Shown here: piece after piece, positions 8,958 to 18,365 of the stretch
How positions within the stretch are numbered: position 1 is the first letter of the stretch
How the letters are laid out: every line of letters starts with the position of its first letter
Assembly: GCA_016212525.1 (NCBI GenBank)
Contig: JACRGD010000005.1
Span: 90,304 to 154,303 of the forward strand
Length of the DNA stretch: 64,000 bases
Source of the DNA: Candidatus Micrarchaeota archaeon
Lineage (GTDB): Archaea > Micrarchaeota > Micrarchaeia > Anstonellales > Bilamarchaeaceae
Direction of reading: 5' to 3'
Translations under genes and position numbers: made by a program
Notes under the pieces: model-generated
The model's database searches: none
The model's input: the letters and a program-made list of their open reading frames with translations, nothing else
What the model was told of the DNA's origin: nothing

Positions 8958-9944
8958 ATGAAAACTATCATTGTCGGCGGTCAATATGGAGACGAGGGTA
9001 AGGGAAAGATCATTTCTTATATGTCGATTACCGATGATCCTGATGTAATCGCCCGTGGCGGAGTCGGTCCAAATGCCGGACATGAAGTCAATTACAAGGG
9101 CAAGCGCTACCCCATGCGAATGCTTTCATGCGGCTTTGTAAATGAAAAAGCAAGACTCCTTATTGGTGCGGGTGTAGTTGTCAATCCAGACGTTTTCCTC
9201 AAAGAAGTCGATAGCATTAACGCTCATAAACGTTGCGGAGTCGATCTTCGCTGCGCAGTCATAACCCCCGAGCACATTGCCCGGGACGGAGCATCCGAAA
9301 CATCCCAGAAAATCGGATCTACCAAAACTGGCTGCGGGCCGGCAGTCGCAGATCGGGTAAACCGGGTCGGCACACTCGCCAAGGATTCTCCAGCGCTCAA
9401 GCCCTATCTTACTGATGTTGTTAAAGAAGTCCATTCTGCCAAGCGGGTTTTGATCGAAGGTACTCAAGGTTTCATGCTCTCCAATCTCTATGGCACTTAT
9501 CCATTTGTAACTTCAAAAGATGTTTCTGCATCAACTATTGCAGCGGATGTCGGTCTTGGTCCAACCCAGATCGATGATGTTGTCATGGTCATCAAATCAT
9601 ATACTACTCGAGTTGGCGCAGGCCCGCTAAAAGATGAACTCTCTGTCGAAGCAGCAAAAGCCAAGAACATGCAGGAATACGGAACCGTTACTGGTCGTCC
9701 AAGAAGAACGTCAGTTGATCTCCACTATGACGATCTGAGATTAGCAGCCCAAATAAATGGCACTACGCAGATTGCCATTACAAAAATAGACGTTCGATTC
9801 CCAGGCAATGCTGGAAAGAAAAAATTCGCAGATCTAACTCTCGAGGCGCAGTCCTTCATTAAACATGTTGAAAAAGAAGTTGGAGTTCCGGTTACTCTCA
9901 TTGGTACCGGGCCTGATGCGGAAGAAACGATCGATAGAAGATGA
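8958..9944 (+). CDS. purA: Adenylosuccinate synthetase (short archaeal type)
   Basis: GGQYGDEGKGK, GPNAGH, EGTQG, GTYPFVTS, EYGTVTGRPRR. True start is ATG 8958; the ORF-track extension overlaps a divergent gene. Confidence 0.96.
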   Translation: MKTIIVGGQYGDEGKGKIISYMSITDDPDVIARGGVGPNAGHEVNYKGKRYPMRMLSCGFVNEKARLLIGAGVVVNPDVFLKEVDSINAHKRCGVDLRCAVITPEHIARDGASETSQKIGSTKTGCGPAVADRVNRVGTLAKDSPALKPYLTDVVKEVHSAKRVLIEGTQGFMLSNLYGTYPFVTSKDVSASTIAADVGLGPTQIDDVVMVIKSYTTRVGAGPLKDELSVEAAKAKNMQEYGTVTGRPRRTSVDLHYDDLRLAAQINGTTQIAITKIDVRFPGNAGKKKFADLTLEAQSFIKHVEKEVGVPVTLIGTGPDAEETIDRR

Positions 9945-9992
9945 TTTTCCTTTATTTCTTTTATTTCATTACTTCCCGTGCTTAATCTATTT

Positions 9993-10832
9993 CTATTCTG
10001 TCGAGTCTGTTCTGGTGCAATTGCCCTCAACGCTAACTAACAGTTGTGCCTGCATCAGCTGAGTTTCATATCCCTGCATCTGCACGCAGACTTGGTTTTG
10101 CAAGAACCTTCTGCACTGTCTTCGTGCATATTGGCTATCAAGTCCTGATAGGTAGAAATGCATGTCCCATCTATCGGTTGGATCATCTGTATTTCGAACT
10201 ATGAGTTCCAATTCCGGTCCGTGGTTGATCCGACCTTCGCCATATATGCACCAGCCCCGACAGTAATTTATGTCTCTGTTGTATTGACCAAGTTCGACTT
10301 GATAGCTGTTTGTTTGGTTTAAATCCCAAACTACTAATGGTTGTGTTGCAGTTGCAAAAGCTCCCGTAGTTCGAGTATCTGTGCAACTCGTCTCACAGAC
10401 TTGTTCTATCTGCATCGCTACGTGCATCGCGTCTACTCGGTATCGAAATAAAATTGTAAATGGAGTGCTATTTCCCATATCGATAAATGGAGCGTATTGT
10501 ACTCCTCCTCCTTCGCCTACTCCGTGCCAGCCCTGACCGTAATTTAATGAAAGATCCGTCGTTGTCGGTCCGATGCCGTGTATCTCTATATCATCATTTC
10601 CTCTGACTATTATGTTTATGAGATCTGATCTAAGGACTGATGCAGGATCGTTCTCGATCAGAATCCCTCTAACCGGTTCGGTTTGACAGCTTAATCTTGG
10701 AAAACGAGGATCCCGAAAGTGATCTAGTGGAATGGGAACTGGCTGGTTCTGCATTGGTTGATCTGGTAGTGGAGCGCATGAGATCGTGGCTGCAATTATG
10801 CCTGAGCCAAGTGTCAATCTGAGTTTTTTCAC
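9993..10832 (-). CDS. Orphan lipoprotein-like protein
   Basis: MKKLRLTLGSGIIAATISC lipobox-like N-terminus, Pro-rich linker, Cys pairs. Confidence 0.55.
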   Translation of the reverse strand: MKKLRLTLGSGIIAATISCAPLPDQPMQNQPVPIPLDHFRDPRFPRLSCQTEPVRGILIENDPASVLRSDLINIIVRGNDDIEIHGIGPTTTDLSLNYGQGWHGVGEGGGVQYAPFIDMGNSTPFTILFRYRVDAMHVAMQIEQVCETSCTDTRTTGAFATATQPLVVWDLNQTNSYQVELGQYNRDINYCRGWCIYGEGRINHGPELELIVRNTDDPTDRWDMHFYLSGLDSQYARRQCRRFLQNQVCVQMQGYETQLMQAQLLVSVEGNCTRTDSTE

Positions 10833-10934
10833 AAATTTTTTGTGTTGGGATGGGTTAATAACTGTGTTTATTTTTTGTTTGGTTTGTTCGCCTCTAACCC
10901 GACACTAATATAATAAGCGTCAATCGCGATCGGA

Positions 10935-10942
10935 TTTATAAA
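10935..10942 (+). promoter_or_regulatory. Archaeal TATA box, probably a leaderless promoter of the membrane-protein operon
   Basis: TTTATAAA lies 22-29 nt upstream of the GTG at 10964. Confidence 0.55.
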
Positions 10943-10963
10943 CCTCAACGTAAAATAGAACTC

Positions 10964-12202
10964 GTGTCGATTCGCTCTCTGCTGTTACTGTTTTTCGTTC
11001 TGGCGTTATCGTCACTATCTAGTGCATCTGCAGTAGATCTTGTAAACAATTCTCACCTCATTCTTGGAACTGTAATTGTTCTAATCATAATTACTCTGGC
11101 CCTAATGTTCATGATCTGTGAGCCCCTCAATATGCCCAGCCTAAAAGTCTGGGTAAAATCAGAACTCCGTGAAGTAATCGTTGCTGGAATAATTTGCGCG
11201 GTCTGTATTTCTTTTTTCTACGGTTCCACGTCCGTTACTGCAGTCCTCACGGGAGTTAGCGATTATCATCAAAGTGCGCTCTCATTTCTAGGTAATCTTT
11301 CCGAGCGCTCTTATGCTGGCTATTTCAACGCCATCAAAGTTAACCAATATGTAACTATGCGAAGCGGATTTTCAAGTTCGTTTTCGGCAGGCCACATGTA
11401 TGCTGCGCTTTCTTTAGTCCAGGCTCCTTATTCTGGCTACTCCGCACTAAACATAATTCTTAATAATATCTCCAATACTCTGGCAATCAACATCGTAACT
11501 CTCGAAGCACTCTCGGTTTTTCTCGATTTTATTATTCATAGTTCAGATAAACTTCTCTATCTGGCCTTTGCACTTAGATTTATTCCATTTACGCGCTCGG
11601 TTGGAAGTACCCTCATAGCCATAATTTTGGGAGTCTATGTTCTTTTTCCATTTGCACTCGTATTTCTATCGCTTACACATAGCTTCGGTGCTCCGACTTC
11701 AAATCCTCCAAACCAGGTTTTAGTTCCCACTGCAGTTGTTCCTTCGTCCGTCTTTAATGATCTAAGTTTCACTTTGCCTCCGGGTTCAAGTTTCATCTGC
11801 TCTGAGCCCTGGATGAGATTACTCGTGGCGAACCTGGGCGAACTTGGATTCTCGATTCCTCCCTGTCTGCTTATTGCGCTTGCCGGTCTTCCCTTTGGTT
11901 ATGGTGCACTTTTTGCCCAATGCTTCCAGGTCATGACCCAGTTTGTATATCCTCTTCTGACAAATGTAGTTCTGCCCATTTTGTGGAGTGCCGTTATTAT
12001 TCCAGCCTCTCTAATGCCAGCAAATGTGGCAGCTGTTTTCAATAGTCTTACTTCATTTAATGCCGCAGTTGTGGGTCTGGTCGTTCTGACTTATGTCGAT
12101 CTCATTTTGGTTCTCATGATAACCATGGTCGGTATAAGAAGCATTTCCCTCGCACTAGGAGGCGAGTATATGATTCCCGGAGTTCAGAGGTTGGTTTCAT
12201 GA
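10964..12202 (+). CDS. CedA/VirB6-like polytopic membrane protein, paralog 1
   Basis: Shared family motifs LKVWVKSEL, ALRFIPFTRSVGSTLIA..GVYVLFP, RSISLALGGE. Confidence 0.6.
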   Translation: MSIRSLLLLFFVLALSSLSSASAVDLVNNSHLILGTVIVLIIITLALMFMICEPLNMPSLKVWVKSELREVIVAGIICAVCISFFYGSTSVTAVLTGVSDYHQSALSFLGNLSERSYAGYFNAIKVNQYVTMRSGFSSSFSAGHMYAALSLVQAPYSGYSALNIILNNISNTLAINIVTLEALSVFLDFIIHSSDKLLYLAFALRFIPFTRSVGSTLIAIILGVYVLFPFALVFLSLTHSFGAPTSNPPNQVLVPTAVVPSSVFNDLSFTLPPGSSFICSEPWMRLLVANLGELGFSIPPCLLIALAGLPFGYGALFAQCFQVMTQFVYPLLTNVVLPILWSAVIIPASLMPANVAAVFNSLTSFNAAVVGLVVLTYVDLILVLMITMVGIRSISLALGGEYMIPGVQRLVS

Positions 12203-13218
12203 AGGTGAATATTCTATTCTTCCTACTTTCACTCATTCTTTTTTCTCCGGTAGTTTTCTCGCTCTCATGTTCCACCTCTACCTTTAATGATATCCTGGGC
12301 GGTGATTCGGGAAGAATACTGGGGGTTGCATTATTTTTAACTGTCCTAATCATTGCTCTTGCTTATGCATTTGGATCTATAATGAACAATCAGCATGCAA
12401 CCGTCTTTGCCAAAGAAGAACTTTTTCCCCTTTTTATGTCTGCTATTTTGGTAGTTGGCATCGGTTCTGTAGTTTTCTTTTCATGTTCCCTCTTCTCAAG
12501 TTTTCTTGATTATTCATTTTCTCCATTGGCTATCGGGGTGGGTTCTGGCACTTCTCTCGATTCCTGCTATGTAGGTTCAGATAGTCTCCAACGCCTTTCT
12601 TTCTGCTATCTGAGCCGGACCAAAGCTGCCGCTCAACAGTATGTGAGCGCTGCCATGGATAAAAGTCTTCATAGTGAAATGGATTCTACAAACGTGATTG
12701 GTGCATCAAATCCCATCAGTGGTAGTGTCTCTCTACCAACGACTGCCTGGAAGCGTGCATACGCTGCTCAGTTCGAATCCATGGCAATGTCCTTTGCATT
12801 GCCCTCGCTCATTAGTCTTACTATCCAAGTCCTTTTTCTATCGCTAAATGTCGAGTTGATAAAGTGGCTTTTGCCCGCGGCACTTTTACTTCGCATCCTA
12901 CCTCCCACTCGTCATCTGGGCAATGTTCTTATTGCTATTGTAATAGTACTCTATGTGATAGTCCCCTTCTTCTATGCCCTAAATGGTGCAATGGACAACA
13001 AACTTACAACCTCTGCATCCTGTATCGATTCTTACACGTCCATTGTTAGTGATCCGACTTTAGACTATGATACTACTGGCTCCTCGTGCGATTCACCAAC
13101 TGGTTATTGGGCACTCGCCCGTTTGATTCCTCACGCGTTTTTCCTGCCTAACCTGGTACTTGCCATTTCCATCACCTTTATCGTTTCACTTTCCAAGGCT
13201 TTGGAGGTTATCCAATGA
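12199..13218 (+). CDS. CedA/VirB6-like polytopic membrane protein, paralog 2
   Basis: FAKEEL, LLRILPPTRHLGNVLIA..LYVIVP; ATGA overlap with paralog 1. Confidence 0.6.
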   Translation: MKVNILFFLLSLILFSPVVFSLSCSTSTFNDILGGDSGRILGVALFLTVLIIALAYAFGSIMNNQHATVFAKEELFPLFMSAILVVGIGSVVFFSCSLFSSFLDYSFSPLAIGVGSGTSLDSCYVGSDSLQRLSFCYLSRTKAAAQQYVSAAMDKSLHSEMDSTNVIGASNPISGSVSLPTTAWKRAYAAQFESMAMSFALPSLISLTIQVLFLSLNVELIKWLLPAALLLRILPPTRHLGNVLIAIVIVLYVIVPFFYALNGAMDNKLTTSASCIDSYTSIVSDPTLDYDTTGSSCDSPTGYWALARLIPHAFFLPNLVLAISITFIVSLSKALEVIQ

Positions 13219-15098
13219 AACTCCTCTCGCATCCATCCATTTCACGTCTTTTACTTACGTGTGTTTTCCTACTATTCATATTTAGTTCTTCATTTTCTAC
13301 TGATGTTGCATCTGGTTCGCCCATCGCTCTTATTAGCGACTGGCGTGCTATGTCTCTTTCGCTCTCGATCCTTTCGGTCATAATAATTTCAATTGTCGTT
13401 ATGCTTGCGACTGCATTTGACATTTCCGAACTTAAGGCCTGGGCCAGCAGCGAATTAACTCAGGTTTTCTCTACTGCACTGATAGTTCTTCTCTTATCTG
13501 GCAGCCTTACCTTCATGGATATGATTGTTGGCCAGATTGTAAATGGCTCGAACCTTGGATTCACCTGCTCTGGTACTTCTATCTGCGCGGTTGCTGTTGC
13601 AAACAATTATCTCGATGGCCTTATTCAAATCGGAGTTGGTACCTCAAGTACTGCTCTAAATGATTATGCACTTGCATCAAAAATCAGCTCTATCCGTCCG
13701 ACTGTCTTTAGCCAGATCTTCATCTACCCGGTTCCCCTACTCCAGCCTCAGATCTCGTTTCTTCCGGGTGCAGGTTATCTTCTGGATCTGGATCGAACAA
13801 TTCAGGTCGTAGAAACACTCTCGAACATTCTTTCCTCACTCTATGCCCAGAAATTCTTTGTCTCTGAGATCTCATTCAAACTTGCTCCTATTCTTCTGGG
13901 TTTGGGTGTCGTAGCCCGTTCGTTTTTCTTCACGCGCAGAATCGGCGGACTCCTTATTGCGGTCGGTATTGGAGTCATGTATGTGTTCCCGCTAATGTAT
14001 GTCTTTGACTGGCTCAGTCTAAATGTGGCCCTCTCGGGTGGGTCTTCTTTAGGTATTGATGCTACGACCTGCCCCGTCCAGTGTATGGCACAGTTGCCTC
14101 ATTTCTACATTGAGGAAAATAATCTTTCCTTCTCTTCTCGTGCCGCTCTCTATTCATATCTGGATTCGTCTCGTGCCATCTCCAGCGGAGCAAACATAAC
14201 TATCTTCCATCTGGATCGGGGCGATCAGGAAACTGCAACTTTCGGGAGCTTTACAGTTCATAGCTGTAATGTTAATCCATGTCCGACCGAGTGTCGCGAA
14301 CTTCCATTTCCGCAATCGCCTAGTTGTTTTGCAAATGCCTCTTTCTGTGCCAATCTCCCTGTTCAGTGCAAACTTACGCGTTATGCTGATACTTCCGAAA
14401 CTGCCGCTGCAGATCTGGTTAGTTGTCCTTTGACCTGCAGGTCGGTTCCTCCTCTTAAGAGTAATTGCAGTGTTTCTACTTCTCTTTCAACTCACAGTGT
14501 ATTTTGCAGTGAAGCCGCTTCTAATCCTGCTGTAGCTGCACTTTGCCCAGTGATCTGTGCAAGTTCTCCATCCGACCCAATTTGTTCGTCTTCCACTGCA
14601 ATGGTTCCTGACGATCCACTCAATTGTCTGGACGCAAAGGACTACTGCCGATTTGCCCGATCTGACTCTTTGTCTGTTCGTCCGTCCAATTGTCGATCTG
14701 ATAGTCCCGCTTCATATTCCTGCCCTGCAAGTTTAGACGCCAATCAATCGTGTGTTTGGGTTCTTCCTCCGCAATCCCTCCTGGATTCACATCGCTGCGA
14801 TGGTTGTCTTTTTGTCAAGAAAGAATCGACCCTAAATCCTCCGATAATTGGTTCCTGTGCTGATCTGTGCGGTGCTTCAGGAGTTGTTGGACCAAGAAAA
14901 GTCTCGCCTTCTGAATTTGCAAGGCGCTCTTCAGAGGGTATGGTGGGTAAAGAGGATCTCAAATCAATCGCCACGCTCTATCTCCCGGGCTTCCTTCTTC
15001 CTCTTCTTAATATCGTAATTACTTTGATGTTCATTCGTTCGTTCTCGCAATTCTTGGGCGGGGATGTCGATATTCCGGGGCTGGTGAGAATAATATGA
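13215..15098 (+). CDS. CedA/VirB6-like membrane protein with a large Cys-rich insertion, paralog 3
   Basis: LKAWASSEL, RSFFFTRRIGGLLIA..MYVFP, about 270-aa CP..C repeat insert, FIRSFSQFLGGD. Confidence 0.6.
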   Translation: MKLLSHPSISRLLLTCVFLLFIFSSSFSTDVASGSPIALISDWRAMSLSLSILSVIIISIVVMLATAFDISELKAWASSELTQVFSTALIVLLLSGSLTFMDMIVGQIVNGSNLGFTCSGTSICAVAVANNYLDGLIQIGVGTSSTALNDYALASKISSIRPTVFSQIFIYPVPLLQPQISFLPGAGYLLDLDRTIQVVETLSNILSSLYAQKFFVSEISFKLAPILLGLGVVARSFFFTRRIGGLLIAVGIGVMYVFPLMYVFDWLSLNVALSGGSSLGIDATTCPVQCMAQLPHFYIEENNLSFSSRAALYSYLDSSRAISSGANITIFHLDRGDQETATFGSFTVHSCNVNPCPTECRELPFPQSPSCFANASFCANLPVQCKLTRYADTSETAAADLVSCPLTCRSVPPLKSNCSVSTSLSTHSVFCSEAASNPAVAALCPVICASSPSDPICSSSTAMVPDDPLNCLDAKDYCRFARSDSLSVRPSNCRSDSPASYSCPASLDANQSCVWVLPPQSLLDSHRCDGCLFVKKESTLNPPIIGSCADLCGASGVVGPRKVSPSEFARRSSEGMVGKEDLKSIATLYLPGFLLPLLNIVITLMFIRSFSQFLGGDVDIPGLVRII

Positions 15099-16174
15099 TT
15101 GCCAAACTACGTCCTAAATTCAGCATGCTGCTTGGCATTTTATTCCTTGTCTGCTGTTCATTTGCAGCTCCCTTGGACTGGCTACCTTTCGCGGCAGGTG
15201 CCCTGACCCTTTCGGCAATAATTGTTGCAGTTCTCTATATGCTTGGAATTGGTCTGAATCTTAATGATCTAAAATTCCTCGCATCCGAGGAGCTTTACCA
15301 GCTCATTGCCACCGCAATCATTATTGGAGTTTTATTCACAGCAGACACAACCATCAATTCGGTTTTCGCTTCCTTTGGAATTACTCCGACTCTCCAGAAT
15401 GCAAGCATCGCTACTGTCAACGGCTATATTTCCAATCAGGCCTCTTCATTTAATACGCTCAAAACATTCGCTCACACTCTGGGCCTTGAGTCTTCCAAAA
15501 ACATGTACTGTTCTTTCTCAGCCATGGGCTTTAGCGTCGCTCCATGTGGTGGATTCGCTTCCATTACTCCTGCAGTTACCTTCGGAATACAGATGATTGC
15601 AATTTCCGTTACTGAATCCAATTCTCTTCTTACTCTTCTTAAGTTTGGATCCACCTATGGCCTCTCACTTATTTTGCCCTTGGGGATCCTGATGCGAACG
15701 TTCAAATTCACCCGTGGTGCAGGTGGCCTTATTATCGGATTTGGAGTTGGTATTTATCTCTTCCTTCCTCTGGCAGTAATTTTCATGGATGGTATAACTT
15801 CTCCGCTTGCACCAACTACCGCAGTTTCGCTTCCTGAATTTAGTTGTGACATTCATTCATTTAGTGATGGTGTCTATACTATTGCTGATATAAATGATCA
15901 TAGTCTCTTTGGTACTGAGGCTTTTAGTGGCTCTGTAAGTTTAAGTTCCTTTAGCGGTTCAAACAGTTTCGATTTCGGATACAAAAACGCCGCAATCGCA
16001 GGCGGACTTCTCATGGCACTCAAAGGTGTTTTGCCTTCTCTGATCTATTTCTTTTTGATCCAATCTACATTGACTCTCATAATCGCTCTTTCGGCATTTT
16101 TCATGTCCATGCGATCGATTTCAAGGCTCGCAGGCGCAGAGGTTGAAATTTCATCATTAATGAGGATTTCGTGA
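15095..16174 (+). CDS. CedA/VirB6-like membrane protein, paralog 4
   Basis: LKFLASEELYQL, LPLGILMRTFKFTRGAGGLII..IYLFLP, RSISRLAGAE. Confidence 0.6.
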   Translation: MIAKLRPKFSMLLGILFLVCCSFAAPLDWLPFAAGALTLSAIIVAVLYMLGIGLNLNDLKFLASEELYQLIATAIIIGVLFTADTTINSVFASFGITPTLQNASIATVNGYISNQASSFNTLKTFAHTLGLESSKNMYCSFSAMGFSVAPCGGFASITPAVTFGIQMIAISVTESNSLLTLLKFGSTYGLSLILPLGILMRTFKFTRGAGGLIIGFGVGIYLFLPLAVIFMDGITSPLAPTTAVSLPEFSCDIHSFSDGVYTIADINDHSLFGTEAFSGSVSLSSFSGSNSFDFGYKNAAIAGGLLMALKGVLPSLIYFFLIQSTLTLIIALSAFFMSMRSISRLAGAEVEISSLMRIS

Positions 16175-16178
16175 TTAT

Positions 16179-17303
16179 ATGGTTGTTGGCGGAATTTGTT
16201 CTAGTGCATCGTTGGGATTCCTTTCCTCCAGTCTCTACCCTCTTTTAGCTATTGCCGGAACCGTAACTGCAATAATTATTGCACTTGCTTATGCCATAGG
16301 AGAAGTTACTTCAAATCCCAAAATGTCTCTCTGGTCAAAAACCGAAATCTTCCAGCTTATTGCCTCTATGGTCTGCTGTGTTATTTTACTCCAGATTATA
16401 ACTGTCTTTTGTCTGCTTGATGTCCGTTCGATCTATTCTTTATTTACTAACACTGTCCCTGCTACTTCCCTTACAATCTATGATGCTGCTGATCACTATT
16501 TCATTGACGCGGGTACCTGGACCAGTGGCCTGCTTCGATCCGCCCGCTATCATCTAGGTTCATTTTTTGTCTTACAAAATTTCGGCCGGTCCACCTGCGA
16601 AGATATGCCTGCCGAGATTCGCTGGCTTTTCTGTATTTTTGGTACTGTTGCGACCAGTAGTGCCAGTGGTGGCATTAGTGTCAGTGTGAACACCATTCCC
16701 GATTCCGGATACGGTCTTCTCTCAAGTGGTCTTTTTGTTTCGTTCAACTCTATTCTATTCGCCCTTCTTTCGCTCCTTAATTACACTTTCATTCTTCGCT
16801 ATCTTTATGGAGGTTTCATACTTCTGTTCCTGCCTTTGGGCATGATGCTTAGGTCTATGCCGTTTATGAGGCAAATCGGTTCTCTGCTTATTGCCGTTGC
16901 AATTTCATTTGCAATAATCTACCCGCTTGTCCTCTCCGTCTTCTATATCGATTTCCTTCAACCTGCGCCTGTACGAATCCTGACACCCTGCTCATCCGCA
17001 TTCCTCTATTCAAATGAAGATTTGGATTCAAAGGTCGATTTGAGTGATGCATTTGATCTTGATGGCACTCTATATGATGATCTCTTTTCAACTTCAAACG
17101 ATCAGACAATCTGCGGTACAGCGTATGCCTCAGGTGAACATGGAGATCAGACTTTCGAAATTATAAAACTTACAGCCAATGCCTTCCTAATCGGAGTTTT
17201 CATTCCCTCATTATCTCTTTTGGCTTCTGCTGCTGCAGTCTCTTATGCAAACCGCTTCCTGGGACAGGAAATAGATTTAAGTAGAATAGTTCAGATGGTG
17301 TGA
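16179..17303 (+). CDS. CedA/VirB6-like membrane protein, paralog 5
   Basis: WSKTEIFQL, LPLGMMLRSMPFMRQIGSLLIA..IIYP, NRFLGQE. Confidence 0.6.
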   Translation: MVVGGICSSASLGFLSSSLYPLLAIAGTVTAIIIALAYAIGEVTSNPKMSLWSKTEIFQLIASMVCCVILLQIITVFCLLDVRSIYSLFTNTVPATSLTIYDAADHYFIDAGTWTSGLLRSARYHLGSFFVLQNFGRSTCEDMPAEIRWLFCIFGTVATSSASGGISVSVNTIPDSGYGLLSSGLFVSFNSILFALLSLLNYTFILRYLYGGFILLFLPLGMMLRSMPFMRQIGSLLIAVAISFAIIYPLVLSVFYIDFLQPAPVRILTPCSSAFLYSNEDLDSKVDLSDAFDLDGTLYDDLFSTSNDQTICGTAYASGEHGDQTFEIIKLTANAFLIGVFIPSLSLLASAAAVSYANRFLGQEIDLSRIVQMV

Positions 17304-18365
17304 TTGATGACTGACGCGACAATGATAACCGGATATTTGAGGGGCTTTGATGTAGGCGCCCTATCTACTATAGATCCGGCATTTCAATGGCTTCCTCTTT
17401 GTCTTGGTGCAGCAGTTCTTACAATTACTGTTTATGCCCTTATTTACGGTCTTTCAAAATCCTTCAATCTTTCAGAATTAGAACGCCATTCTAAATCCGA
17501 GCTTCTTAATGCCGGAGCGACTGCGCTGATTGTCATTTTCATCGTTTTTCTAGTTACTCAGATGGAAACATTTGTGATCGGTTCTGTTCTATGCAATGGT
17601 GCGACCTGTGCTACTTTGCCCTGTGGCGGAGTAAGTTATGAAATCCGTCAGCTCTCAACTGTTTTTGATGTTATTCAATGTCGAATGTCCGAGCGGGCAC
17701 ATTCGTTTGCAGATTTACAGGAACAGGTTACTTCTGCCGCTATTCTTCCAACTTCTCTGTTGAACCTTAATCTTGGTTTAGTTGGGACTCAGGTATTTTC
17801 CGGTTATATGGTCGGTTCCTGGTACAAGGAGGTCGAAACATATCGATTACTTAATCATGCACTCTCAACCTTTCTTATTTCAACTAATGCAATGATCGTT
17901 GTGGCACAATACATAAAGCAAAATTTACTCTCGTTTTTCCTGCCTATCGGGTTGCTTTTGCGTTCGCTCTATTTCACCCGCGGAATCGGTGCTTTCCTGA
18001 TTTCTTTTGCTCTTTGTTTCTATTTCATTTTCCCAATTGTCTATACTCTTACTGATTCGAACTATATTCCGCCTTCCTATTCAGCTCCGCCAACCCCGCC
18101 TGAAATTAAATCCCAGTTCTGCTATCCCACATTTACTGGCGTAGTCTATAGTATCTATTCTTCAACCTCATCCGCTTCACCCTCAGCCGGTTCAAACTCT
18201 ATTTCACTTGATGAACTTAGGTCTTCTCTTTCTTCAGTCTATATTTCTCTATTAGTCCAGCCATTCGCCTGCTTTGCCATAACTCTGGTTTTCGTTCGCT
18301 ATATGACCTACATATTTGGAGGAGAAGCCCAGGATGTGCTTCGAGGAGTCGCAAAAGTAGTTTAG
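17304..18365 (+). CDS. CedA/VirB6-like membrane protein, paralog 6
   Basis: HSKSEL, LPIGLLLRSLYFTRGIGAFLI..YFIFP, YIFGGE. Confidence 0.6.
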   Translation: MMTDATMITGYLRGFDVGALSTIDPAFQWLPLCLGAAVLTITVYALIYGLSKSFNLSELERHSKSELLNAGATALIVIFIVFLVTQMETFVIGSVLCNGATCATLPCGGVSYEIRQLSTVFDVIQCRMSERAHSFADLQEQVTSAAILPTSLLNLNLGLVGTQVFSGYMVGSWYKEVETYRLLNHALSTFLISTNAMIVVAQYIKQNLLSFFLPIGLLLRSLYFTRGIGAFLISFALCFYFIFPIVYTLTDSNYIPPSYSAPPTPPEIKSQFCYPTFTGVVYSIYSSTSSASPSAGSNSISLDELRSSLSSVYISLLVQPFACFAITLVFVRYMTYIFGGEAQDVLRGVAKVV

